64,000 bases of DNA from the human T2T-CHM13v2.0 reference genome, Homo sapiens: assembly GCF_009914755.1 (NCBI RefSeq), contig NC_060930.1, one strand, 5' to 3'. The notes under the pieces were generated by a model. The model saw only the letters and a program-made list of their open reading frames with translations. It made no database searches and had not been told where the DNA came from. Positions within the stretch are counted from its first letter, which is position 1; every line of letters starts with the position of its first letter. Below are positions 1 to 14,261 of this stretch, piece by piece. The position numbers and the translations under genes are program-made.

Positions 1-242
1 ATGCCTTCTTCTTGAATACCTCCTGAGGGACCTGCCCAAGGCTGTTTTTTGTTTGTTCATTTGTTTTTGAGACAGGATCTCACTCTCACCCAGGCTAGAA
101 TGCAGTGGTATGATCATAGTTCACTGCAGCTTGGAACTCCCAGGCTTACATGATCCTCCTGCCTCAGTCTCCTGAGTAGTAGAAACTACAGGTACATGCC
201 ACTATGCCTGGCTAATTTTTTTAATTTTTTTTCTACAGATAG

Positions 243-368
<126 letters not shown>

Positions 369-379
369 TAACTTTTTAA

Positions 380-673
380 AAAATAAGAAGCACACTCTAA
401 AATAATGATAGAAAGTATAGTAAACACATAAACCAGTAATATAAACATTTATTATCAAGTATTATGTACTATACATAACTGTGACTGCAGTGCAGTAGGT
501 TTGTTTACACCCACATCACCACAAACACATAATACACTGTACTACCCATGCTACAACAGCTATGGCACCACTAGGCCATAGGAACTTTTCGGCCCCATTA
601 TAATCTTATGGGACCACTGCTGAAGGTGCAGTCTGTCACTGACTGAAATGTCATTATATGGTGAATGACTGTA
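380..673 (+). mobile_element. Tigger3/Golem-type DNA transposon fragment
   Basis: Characteristic ...ccattataatcttatgggaccac...atgactg|ta end. Confidence 0.7.
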
Positions 674-770
674 TAGTGCTTTAATAAGTAGGAAAGCTAA
701 TTCAAAAGTAAGATATATTCTAAGAGGAAATCGCAAAAGATATCTTCACTGTACACAGGAACAATATTTA

Positions 771-1130
<360 letters not shown>

Positions 1131-1789
1131 TTAGCTTTTCTTTCCTTAAAAAGTCTTCAAAATTGTCATTAGCTAGCTTTAGTGTACTAAAAGGATACAT
1201 TAAAATAGTAACCTATTTGTATACTCTGAGAATAGGGAAATATAGCCCTTTAGAGTGAGATATAACTTGGACCTGAACCCCAGGTAAATCTGCATTACTA
1301 AGATATATGATATTAGGCAAGTTAATTTACCTAGCCCAGTCTCAATTTCAACATCTATAATCTGGGATTAAAAATTAAAATCTCTAGCTGGGCACAGTGG
1401 CTCGTGCCTATAATCCCAGCTACTCAGAAGGCTGAGGTGGGAGGATTGCTTGAGGCCAGGATTTCAAGACTTGCCTGAGCAACATAATGAGATGCCCTCT
1501 CTCAAAAATTTAATTAATTAATTTAAAAAGAAAATCCCAGCTACTCAGGAAGCTGAGATGGGAAGATCACTTGAACCCAGGAGCTCAAGACCAGCCTGGG
1601 AAACATAACGAGACTCAACTCTTAAAAAAAACCTTGAAGTTATGAAGACAAAATGAGAATCTAGCTCTAGTGTTTGGCACTTAGTAACCATCAATAAACA
1701 TTATCCACCCCAGCCCCCCTCAGAAAGAGATGCTATAATCTTTCCAGACAGCAGGTTTCCTTGTATGTCACTCAGCTTTGTGGCCTCAC

Positions 1790-1894
1790 CTTTAATACTC
1801 CCCTGTCTTTTTTGGAGGTAATATCCTCTCCCTGCTCAGCAACAGTGGCTGTGGGGCTTTCTTCATTGTTCTTGGCACCTTCATCAGTAGTCAT
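1790..1894 (-). CDS. FKBP5: FKBP5 (FKBP51) first coding exon, codons 1-35
   Basis: Reverse complement reads ATG ACT ACT GAT GAA GGT GCC AAG AAC AAT GAA GAA AGC..., i.e. [35 protein letters not shown], the recognised N-terminus of human FKBP51. 105 nt, phase-0 donor AAG|GTGAGG (intron starts at 1789). Confidence 0.98.
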
Positions 1895-1913
1895 TGTCTT
1901 TTAAGTAGAGAAC
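1790..1913 (-). other. FKBP5: FKBP5 exon 2 (19 nt 5'UTR + 105 nt CDS)
   Basis: Acceptor ttttcttcttaccag|GTTCTCTACTTAAAAGACAATG (AG at 1915-1914); donor GT at 1789-1788. Confidence 0.96.
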
Positions 1914-4900
1914 CTGGTAAGAAGAAAAATATTTTAGCTGGGAAAAATATCACTTCTTTATGAATCTTGAATGCCCCTGGGAACTGAGCTCTACCTAACC
2001 TAAGATTTACTTAGGGCCAATAAGCTTAGATACTGAAAATGAAAACAAAGGCATTTGCTATGAGCATGTATTGATGTCATCAGGCATGTAAATAAAACAT
2101 CATCCAATTCTTTAATTTCCCATCTAGCTCTGGTCTCAAAACAGAGAACAGTACAAGTCAAGTTGGGTAGTGATTACATTCCTTAACATAACATGGTGAG
2201 AAGCAGTCCCTTCACAACTTTGAAAACATCCTTTTTCTACAGCCATATTCTTGACAGAGGATTAAGACCTTATCAGTTCTTAATAAAAGAAGTGACAATA
2301 TATCAATCACAGTGAGACACAGAACAGGATTTAGAATCCAACAGACCCAAGTCTGGGTCCTAGCTGCAGCTCTTGACATTTCCAGTTTCCTTAATCTTGC
2401 TGAGCCTTCATTTTTCATCTGCAAAATGGACACAGTACACTATTCATAGTTACAGTGAGATAACATTTCTTAAAAGATTAGCATAGATTGGTAACTTAAA
2501 CATATTTAACCATTTATCATCATTTTTGGGCCTTCTGTAGGGTCATTTTTCATCTCCTGCCCAAAATACCTACAGAATGTTCTTCCATGTGGCATTCAAG
2601 GCCCTTCACAATCTGGCCCTAATCTATCTTTGAGTTCTAGCTGCCATTATTTTATTTTACTTTCTTTCATGCAGCTCATGCTCCAGCCAAACTAGGCCAA
2701 TTCCACCTCTACAACAAACCCAGTGCTTTCCCATAGTCATTCTTCTGGTCACTCCCTTTCTTGTTTCCAAAACATCCACCTCTCTCAAATCCTACTTCTG
2801 TCATACCAACCTTGACCCTCTATTTGTAGGCCATTTTGCCCTTTTACGTACTTCCTTAGCTCTTCTCTCGATTTGTTGTCTGTAAGAGATTCATAAGACT
2901 ATGCGCCTGTTAGGTTTAAAAGATCCTTCAGAGCAAGGTCCATGCTTTGTTCATATTTAGATTCCCTAGAATGCCTCTACCTTTGAGAATGGTAAGACAA
3001 AAAGTGCAAGGAATTTGTAATGGAATTTGGGGGTGTTCTTCCTCTGCTCCTTACAAGCTGTTTGATGTTGGCTACCTTAACTTCTCTAAGATTTTTTCCT
3101 TACCTATGTGATTAGAATAAAAATATCTGTTTTCACAGATAATCTTCTGAAGTGGTATAATGTGTATTTTTAAGGTATACTATTCAAATGTTAGCTCTTA
3201 TTGTTATTGGTAGTCACCTGACAGACATTTTTTCATGCAAGGCAAGCCAATGTAACCAACAGGCTAATCATAGGCTAAGCAAAACACACCTAACCACTGC
3301 CATGATGAATTCCACACTGCTCCCTGTTTGGGCAGGGAAAATCAAGAAGGAATCACTCCTACAGCTATTACACATTAGGCTAATAACAAACTTAATGCCC
3401 CCTAAACTCATCTCCTGAGCCTTCTTGTCTACAGAGTCAAAGAGTCTTTCTGCACTTGCAGAAAATGTCTTATTGATACAACTATAATTAGACAACTAAA
3501 ACATATACTGTAGTGTTTTAACTCATTTCCAAATGACCACTATTCAGTTCAACAGAGACACAAATCCAATTGTTGTGCCCCAAAATCTTCAAATGAGAAC
3601 ACCAAAAACCAGGGGCTAAGTCTCTCTGCTCTAGTTTCTAGTACGCTTTATACCAAACATGAAAGATCCAAATGTTTGGCTCAGGATAAGCGAAAGGCCA
3701 GAACAATCGTTCTCAAACAAACAACAAAAATTATGTACCTAGCTCTACATGAGGTGAGCTAGATAATCAGGAAAATCAGAAGAACGGGATTGGTTCCCAG
3801 CTTCTAGAAACCCACTGCTTATAATATGCTTCTGTGATGCACAGAAACTTGTAAAAGGCACCTTGATAACAGAGGGAAAAGATCTCTTAAATATTTGGAG
3901 GGTCCTGGACTGTATGCCTGGGAAAATATATGCACACAAAAAAATTTCCTGGGGATTCACAGAGATGCTGACATCCATCAATAGATCTCTGGGTGTAAAG
4001 CACTGAACAAATGAAAACCACCAGGTGAGAGGTTATTGGGAAAGTACCCCACAGATTACTTATTATTAAAAAAGGAAAAAGACCTTTCAAGTAAAACAAT
4101 CTGACTGATAACACTTTAACAAATGATCTGCATCATAACCAAACTCTGCATCACCAATAATGAAAAAAAGTGCTATTACTCTGTCTCCTAATATGATGTA
4201 GTGATGTGATTTAGATGTGCTATCACCTATGTGCTATCCCTATCAAAAATGTTTAACCTGAAACTAACCAGGAAGAAAAGACAAAAACAGATTGTGGAGC
4301 ACTCTACAAGACCATTGGCCTACACTCCTGAAAAAATGTTAACAACATAAAGAACCAAAAAGGTGGCGTGCACCTGTAGTCCCAACTACTCAGGTGGCTG
4401 AGATGGAAGGACTATTGATTGAGCTCAGGAGTTTGAGACTGCAGTGAACTGTGATCATGCCACTGTACTCCAGCCTGGGCCGAAGGGTGAGACCCCATCT
4501 CTTAAAAGATAAAAAAAGAGAGAGAAAGAGAGAGAGGGAGAGACGGGAGGTCTGTTCCAGATTAAAGGAGACTATAGAGATATGACAACCAAGTGTAATC
4601 AGTGATCCTTGGCTGGATCCTGGATTAGGGGACAAAATATAAGAACTTGGAACAGGAGACTGCATATTAGCTTATTACTACTATATGTCAGCCTTTTGGA
4701 ATGTGATATAGTATTATGGTTTTATGCAGAGTAATATCCTTGTTCATAGGAGACACATGCTGTAGTATTTAGGGGTGAGGTGTCATGATATCTGCCACTT
4801 GCTTTCAAATCATCCAAAGACAATGCTTTCTTTTGAATGTTCATCATTTGGAGTTCAGCTAAATTTTTAAATGAAAATACTGTCAATGAAGAAATGTTTT

Positions 4901-4935
4901 CAGGCTGGGAACAGTGGCTTACGCCTGTAATCTCA

Positions 4936-5259
<324 letters not shown>

Positions 5260-7084
5260 TTAAATTCGAGTAAATAGGCAACCTGTATAAGCTGATTTAC
5301 TAGCTTTCTAAATCCCATTTGATAAAGGAATTAGCTCTTCATGTTTTGGCTCCAACACTTCAAGGGATGCAAGTCATCTTAGTAATCTCAGAGGATGGCT
5401 CTTGTCAGTAGTACTGAGTCCATATGAAGAGAAGTACTATGAATAATTAAAACACAAAGATAAAAACAACAAGAAAACAAACTTTTGAACTTTCAAAAGC
5501 AGATAAAGCTGGAAGAATAAAGACATAAACTGAATTTTCCAAGTATTTCCCCTTAATTCCAGTTAAGCCATTAGGAGTATAGGTTTTTGTAAGCTAACAA
5601 AACAAATAAAACTTTTTCCTTGATTGAATGTTATATAAAAAAGACAGTAAGGACAGACAATTCCTAAAAACTGTAATGACACACTGAGACAGTTTCACCA
5701 TTTTTATAAGAGAGACTTTTCTTCTTTCCCTCACCCTAGATTTATTCTGGATTTAAAATCACTATGTAGCTATGGATATTAATCTATGATAAAGCTTACT
5801 GTGCTGAACTGTCCAAAGGCGGAAAATTGCTACCCAATGCATCAGAAAGGGAACACAGTTCGTTCTGTTATGGACATGGCAGATAAGCATACACTCTCCA
5901 AAGTGCTAGTCAGCAAACACCTGAGACATAACAGAAAAATGAGAATACACTTAATATTTTATCAACAGTGTACTAAAAATTTCAGTTAACATAACTAAAC
6001 TATCAGGTCCCCCAAATGAGAAGTCATTTTAAAGCCATATCTACCAATTCCCTATGTATATTATGTAAATTACTGTATTGTTCTCTTTGTTAAAATATCA
6101 GTGTCTTGCCTCAGATTATGCTACTAACAGGAGAGTTTTCAGAAAGATATTTCTTTGGTAAACTTATTTTTCTTCTCGGAACAAATAATTACTGAAGAAA
6201 ACAAAGCTAAGAGACCACACTTCCCCTGACTCTGAGTGCTGAGTTGGATAAATTACTGTTTTCAAGTAAGCAGAAAGCAAAGGATTATATTAAAACAAAC
6301 AAAAAAACCCCAGAAAATATTAGACTATCCAAATGTTACCATTATATACTAAAGGATGAACCTGAATACAGGATTATTCCCCTTAATATGATTTTACCCT
6401 ATTTGGCCTCAAAAAGGTTGAACGACAGGACTAAGTCATCAACTTCCTCTCCCCAGGAAGATGCTGGGATGACAAGAAAAAGTTTTTAAAATCTGCAAAA
6501 CTCTGAGGTGGAAAACAAGACATGTTCCTAACTGAACCAGAACTTTGGGGGAATTTCTGAACACTACACAGCAGATGAGGTCAGACCGAAGGAGAGAGCA
6601 AAGAAGAGAAAGTTGCCTCCCAAACACCAACTGTTAAGAGCAGCTCTTCCCAGGGAGCCTGGAGAAGCTCTAGGTCTGGGGTCAGCCCCAGAAAGCAGGA
6701 GTGAGCTAGGGGAATGCACTGGAGAGCAGCATCTGGGGGAAAAAGCAGAAACTGTGTTTGGATCAGTTAGGCCAGGTAGGTTTCTTTCCTTCCAGAGTGC
6801 ACACTGTGGCTCCCATCTTTTCTTCTCTGGAAGACATAATAATCCTTATTTTTGGAGTTCAGACCCATCGAAAGGATATGTCAAGGTACTTGTCTTCTTT
6901 CCTTAATTCCTGCAGGGGCCTTGATATTCTGGCCCTTAACTGCTGAAGACAAGTCTTTGCAGAATCTCCAGAAAAATTTTCTAGCATTATTTCTTTTCCT
7001 TTGATGTCTCTGTCCTCTACTTCTAGAAGTATTATTAGATAGACTTCGGACATTTTGGTATTATTCTTCAGGTTTCTTAAGTAT

Positions 7085-7266
7085 TTTTCTAAACCTGGGC
7101 TAAACAACAGAATCACCTGAGGAGCTTAAAAAAGCTACTGATGTCTGGACTCCAGCCCAGAGAGTCTGGATTTAATTGGTCTGTGGTGGGGCCAGGGTAA
7201 TGGTGTTTTCAAAAACCATGTTAGATGATCCTAATGTGCAGTCAGACATGGTTGAGAACCACTGGA
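7085..7266. mobile_element. MER5A (hAT-Charlie MITE)
   Basis: agaatcacctg...gatttaattggtctg...taatgtgcag...ttgagaaccactg. Confidence 0.75.
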
Positions 7267-7736
7267 CATTTCTCCCATTTTTCATCTTTGTCTCTGGCTT
7301 TATACCCTAAGAGAAATTCTTTGATGGAATTTTTATTTATTTCTTATTGTCTCTTAAGAGACAGGGTCTTGCTCTGTTGCCCAGGCTGGAGTGCAGTGGT
7401 ACCGTCATAGCTCACTGCAGCCTTGAATTCCTGGGCTCAAGCAATCCTCCCCTTCAGCCACCCTAGTAGTTCAAACTATAGACATGTGCCACCACACCTA
7501 ATGTTTTTTTTTTATTATTTTTTTCAGAAGAGACAGGGTCTCACTATGTTGCCCAGGCTGGTCTTGAAGTGATCCTGGGCTCAAGTGATCCTCCCACTTC
7601 GTCCTCTCAAAGTGCTAGGATTATTAAGAGTGAGCCACCACACCTGGCCTGATGGAATTTTTACAACACCATTTGGTCATCAGCTATATTCAATATATCA
7701 TTTAGTGTGCTCAAGAGATTTTTAAAAGAATTTAGT

Positions 7737-8343
<607 letters not shown>

Positions 8344-9539
8344 TTAGTAATAATGTTTTTTATTTTACATATTCTTATCGGATTGCTCATTTTCTTAGCA
8401 CTAAGTCTTTATTTTGTAGATGCAATTACCTCTGAAATCTTTCTGAAGATACTACTGAGAATAAAATGGAGCATTTCTTATGAGTAAGTATTTGGCTAAA
8501 AGGTTTTTTTTTTTTTAAAGAAAAAAAATGCCTCGACCTTCTGGGAGGTGGCATTTTGTGTAACCTCTAGCATCTCCCAAGAACACTAAGCAGTGGGGAT
8601 TCTCTGAAGTTTGAGAAGGTAAGAACTGAAAATAAGAGAAAGGTAGCTTATTGTAAACATGAAAGTTAAAAGTAGAAGAGAGATGTAGAGAGAGGCAAAA
8701 GTCACAGGTGAGAAGTTTGATACTTATACTAGGGTTATAAAGGCGAAACATGAAATGCTTTGAGTGAAAGGGGAGTAGAGAGCAAAGGCTTGAGAAAAGA
8801 ACCAGACAGGCTTAAATGCATATAGGGAAAAGAATCAAGGGAAGATGAAAAAGTCATGATGCAAGAATAGCATGGATCTGTTCATCAACTAAACACAGAT
8901 CACTTAGTTCCAGCTAAATTTTAACCGTATGGCTAAATAAAAGTATTTCAAAGTTTTTCCTTAAAAGGATGGTCATGGGAATGTTAGACTAAAATTTGGC
9001 AAATGCATACTATAAAAATATACAGTTTTTGAAAAGCATGAGATAAATCTATACAGTAGAGAATCATTTAGCTAAGAGTCTAAACAAAAACATCCAAACA
9101 ACTAAATTGGGAAAATATTTTGTAAATGTTCATCCATTATAAAAGAATGCCAGGCGCAGTGGCTCACACCTGTAATCCCAGTACTTTGGGATGTCAAGGC
9201 TTGAGCCCAGGAGTTTGAGACCAGCTTGGGCAACACAGTGAGACCCGATCTCTGCTAAAAATAAAAAATACACGCCTGTGGTCCCAGCTACTGGAGAGGC
9301 TGAGGCAGGAGTATCACGCCATGGTTGCACCACTGCACTGCAGCCTGGGCAACAGAGCAAGATATTGTCCAAAAAAAAAAAAAAAAGGAAAAAAGAATAG
9401 CATTGTAGTAAATGAAGTGTATTGTTAATGGTGCATAGTGCCCAGTGATGATTTGGTTATCTGGACCATTGAAAAAAAAAAAAGTCAGTTGATGATGCCA
9501 CAATGGGCTAATACATGTAACACAAACAGTGTAATTTAT

Positions 9540-9843
9540 TTTTTATTTTTTTAAATTTTTTGAGACAGACTCTTGCTCTGTTGCCCAGGCTGGAGTGCAG
9601 TGGCCTGATCTTGGCTCACTGCAATCTCCGCCTCCTAGGTTCAAATGATACTCCTGCCTCAGCCTCCTGAGTAGCTGGGATTACAGGTGTGCGCCACCAA
9701 TGCCCGGCTAATTTTTGTATTTTTAGTAGAGATGGGGTTTCGCCATGTTAGCCATGCTGGTCTCGAACTCCTTCAGCTCAAGTGACCCGCCCGCCTCAGC
9801 CTCCCAAAGTGCTGGGATCACAGACATGAGCCACCGCACCTGG
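9540..9843 (-). mobile_element. AluS
   Basis: TSD CACAAACAGTGTAATTTAT (9521-9539, 9844-9862). Confidence 0.9.
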
Positions 9844-10893
9844 CACAAACAGTGTAATTTATACCAATATATTTGCAGCCACCAACCATGGTTCCCAGTT
9901 GTTTGTAGATTTTGGTGGGTGGGTGGGTATGATCATTTTAGAGCACTGGATTACAATTATGCAAATATTGTTCATTACATGCCAAAATGTCTTTTTCACT
10001 GTTTTCCCTTTAAGACAGCTAATCTCTGAAAATATCACTAATATGGAGCAGGTGACGTCTTACCCATTCCACATAAACAATCTTCTAATACTCACATGAA
10101 AAGACAGATGGATTTTCAAGATGTACTATTAAGTGAATGGTGAGTTGCAGAATGATTTGTAACATGATCCTATTTCCAAGAGGAAAAAAGTATATATGTG
10201 TTTGTATATTTGCTTATATATAGAAGAAGTTTGGAAAGATAACTTACCAAACTGCTCAAACAGTGTTACCTCTGGAGAATGAGATTTGGGAAGATAAGAA
10301 GGAATTTTCACTTCTTAGATTTTATTTTTATATTATTTAAATAGTTTAACATTAAACATGTATTACTTTCATGATCTTTTTAAACTTAGGGAAAAAAGAT
10401 GAAACATTTCATGGTTCCACTCATCAGGACTTTTTATTCTTTCTCTTCAATTTAATTCGAACATTTCAGATTGCTTTTTATGGAGAGCAAGAGAACTCTG
10501 GCTGGGGTATGTTGAGCAAGGGGTGCTTGTGCGATGTCCAGAAGGTTATCAGAGATAAGGCCTGAGCTCAGGAGAGAAGTGTGGGTGACAGTTATATGTT
10601 GGGGAGTCATCAGATTCTACACAATAATTAAGATAAAAAGTACTGTTGCAGTTATATACTACTAAGCAAATAAAACCGTGGCTTTCAAACTTTTAATATC
10701 CAAGTCTTACTTCTGATTAGGTTGAGCATTCCTAATTGGAAAAATCCGAAATCCAAGATGCTCCAAACTCTGAAACTTTTTGAATTCTAACATGATGCCA
10801 CAAGTGAAAAACTCCACACCTAATACTTGTTTTCTAATGATTCAAGGTACACAAATTTTATTTAATGCACAAAATTATTAAAAATACTGTATA

Positions 10894-13027
10894 CTACACT
10901 GTTTTTGTTTAACTTGTGGACAAAGACTTATGGTTAGGTGCAAAAAATAAATCCTCTTTTGCAACCCAGAACTCATTGTTCAGTATGAGTTTTGATACAT
11001 ATAAGAAGGTGTTGCAGGAAGTCAGGGACCCCAAACGGAGGAACCGGCTGAAGCCATGACAGAAGAACGTGGATTATGAAGATTTTATGGACATTTATTA
11101 GTTCCCCAAATTAATATTTTTGTAATTTCTTATGCCTGTCTTTACTGCACTCTCTAAACATAAATTGTAAAGATTTCATGGACACTTATCACTTCCCCAA
11201 TCAATACCCTTGTGATTTCCTATGCCTGTCTTTACTTTAATCTCTTAATCCTGTCAGCCGAGAAGGATGTATATCGTCTCAGGACCCTGTAATAATTGCG
11301 TTAAGTACACAAATTGTACAGCATGTGTGTTTGAGCAATATGAAATGTGGGCACCCTGAAAAAAGAACAGGATAACAGCAATTGTTCAGGGAATAAGAGA
11401 GATAACCTTAAACTCTGACCGCCGGTGAGCCGGGCAGAACAGAGCCATATTTCTCTTCTTTCAAAAGCAAATGGGAGAAATATTACTGAATTCCTTTTCT
11501 CAGCATGGAAAGTCCCTGAGAAAGAGAATGCGCACCTAGGGGTAGGTCTCTGAACTGGCCCCCCCGGGGCATACCTGTCTCTTATGGTCGAGATTGCAGA
11601 GGTGAAATAAACTCCAGTCTCCCATAGCGCTCCCAGGCTTATTAGGAAGAGGAAATTCCCGCCTAATAAACTTTGGTCAGACTAGTTGATCTCAAAACCC
11701 TGTCTCCTGATAAGATGTTATCAATGACAATGGTGCCCGAAACTTTATTAGCAATTTTAATTTCGCCTCTGTCCTGTGGTCCTGTGATCTCGCCCTGCCT
11801 CCACTTGCTTTGTGATATTCTATTACCCTGTTAAGTACTTGATGTCTGTCACCCACAACTATTCGCACACTCCCTCCCCTTTTGAAAATCCCTAATAAAA
11901 ACTTGCTGGTTTTTGTGGCTTGTGGGGCATCACGGATCCTACCAATGTGTGATGTCTCCCCCGGACGCCCAGCTTTAAAATTTCTCTCTTTTGTACTCTG
12001 TCCTTTTATTTCTCAAGCCAGCTGACGCTTAGGAAAATAGAAAAGAACCTACGTGATTATCGGGGCAGGTCCCCCGATAAGAAGGGATATTATGATACCT
12101 GAGACAGTTAACTGATGGGAGTATTGATAGACATAAAGGTTGGTTCCAGGCCAGGCACAGTGGCTCAAGCCTGCAATCCCCACACCGAGGCGGGAGTATT
12201 GCTTGAAACCAGGAGTTCAAGACCAGCCTGGGCAAGAAAGTAACAAACACCTCATCTTCACAAAAATTTAAAAATTAGCTGGGTATTGGGGCATGTGCCT
12301 GTAGCTGCAGCTACTCAGGAAGGGGAGGCTGAGGCAAAAGGATTGAGCTCAGGAGTTGGAGGCTGCACTGAGCTTTGATGGCACCACTGTACTCCAGCCT
12401 GGGTAACAAAGACCCTGTCTCTTAATAAAAAAAGATGGATTCTAGGACTGTAGAATAGATAGTTAAACAGCATGGGATATGAGGGAAGTCCTCAGCAGTA
12501 TTAATTTTGCATTCCAATTTCATATTGACGATACATATGATGGCTTTTTGTTTTAATGGAGTTATCTTGAGAACATGATATCTGGAGTTAAAGGTACTGG
12601 CATATTCCACACATCTGTACTATTCTTGAGTGTCATCGCTTAGGAATGAATATGATTTGAATTCATTCATGTTAAGAGAGGGTGTCAAATTGAGAACCAG
12701 GCAGATCCACCACCTACAGTAAAAAGGACCCTAAAGTACACTGGTTGAAGAAATTAGATCCCAAAGATTCTTGGTGAATTTTGAAGTCTTCATCAGTATA
12801 TCCATATTAAAAGGAGATGACAGAAGCCAAAATAAAAGAATTATGGGCTGACAGGACAAGTGGATTAAAATAAGCATCAGTTTCATTAAAAATGGCTAAC
12901 TTGAAGATAAATCTTTTGACTCCAGCTCTTTAGAGGATCTAAAGTGGCCCTGATGGATAGTGGAAGAAATCACAACATGGAATTCCATGAATAAAAATTT
13001 ATTGACTTAAAAAAAATAATAAAAATA
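10894..13027 (+). pseudogene. 5'-truncated processed retrocopy of a 3'UTR (resembles the SEPTIN14 terminal-exon retrocopy family, from memory), interrupted by MER11
   Basis: AATAAA at 12990-12995, A-tail from 13009, 14-bp TSD AAAAATACTGTATA (10880-10893) / AAAAATATTGTATA (13028-13041), TT|AAAA L1-endonuclease site. Contains an AluJ-like element (12149-12433) with no clear TSD, probably carried in from the parent mRNA. Confidence 0.75.
11010..12079 (+). mobile_element. MER11 (HERV-K11/HML-8) solo LTR, probably MER11C
   Basis: Starts TGTTGCAGGAAGTCAGGGACCCC, ends CCCCCGATA; 1070 bp; 6-bp TSD AGAAGG (11004-11009 and 12080-12085); internal AATAAA at 11894. Confidence 0.9.
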
Positions 13028-13634
13028 AAAAATATTGTATAATATTACCTTCAGGCTGTGTGTATAAGTACATATGAACATAAATAAATTTCATGTTTAC
13101 ATCTGGGTTCCATCCCCAAGATACTATATCTCATGTATACATGTATGTGCATATGGTCAATTGACAATGTCACAATGGGCTAATACATGTGATACAAACA
13201 GTGTGGTTTATCATAGTTATTTGCAGCAAACAACCACAGTTCCTTATTGTTTATAGATTTTGGTGGGTACAATCATTTTAGAACACTGGATTATAATTAT
13301 GCAAATATTATGCATTACATGCCAAAATATCTTTTTTCCCTTAGAGAAATTTGCAAATATTCCAAAATCTGAAAAACTCCAAGATCCAAAACACTTCTTG
13401 TCCCAAGCATTTTGGATAAATGATACTTGACAACCTGCAGTACTTTTGGCAGCATAATTGAATAATTAAAACTCAAACCATCACTAAAGAAGTCAGCAAG
13501 ACTATGATGGATTTTAAAAGATCTACAGCACTTAGAAAGTGTCTGAAGTTAGTGTACTATTCCCCTCATTGTCTTTTAATACCATACCATACCATTGTTC
13601 AAATAAAACTACTTACTGCTGTTTTACCCCCTGA

Positions 13635-13943
<309 letters not shown>

Positions 13944-14093
13944 TGATAGGCATCACTGTTAAAGTTATGGCAGCAGCTGGGTCCAGTGCCAAGTGCCTGA
14001 ACCTCCAGCAACTTTGGAGTTTGAGGTGGGAGGGTCGCTTGAGCCCAGGAATTAAGTCTAGCCTGAGTAACATAGTGAAACCCTGACTCTTCA

Positions 14094-14261
<168 letters not shown>

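Larger units (their letters stand above)
10718..13437 (+). mobile_element. Tigger4/Zombi-type TcMar DNA transposon, split by the retrocopy
   Basis: Termini (t)AGGTTGAGCAT... and ...CAACCTG; the internal sequence resumes across the TSD (AAAAATATTGTATAAtATTACCTTCAGGC). Confidence 0.8.

Noticed and set aside
2569-2583. CCTACAgaaTGTTCT
   Set aside because: Lacks the key G in the first half-site and lies in an L2-like remnant; such matches are common by chance.
3700-3713. AGAACAatCGTTCT GRE-like palindrome
   Set aside because: Spacer is 2 nt, not the required 3.
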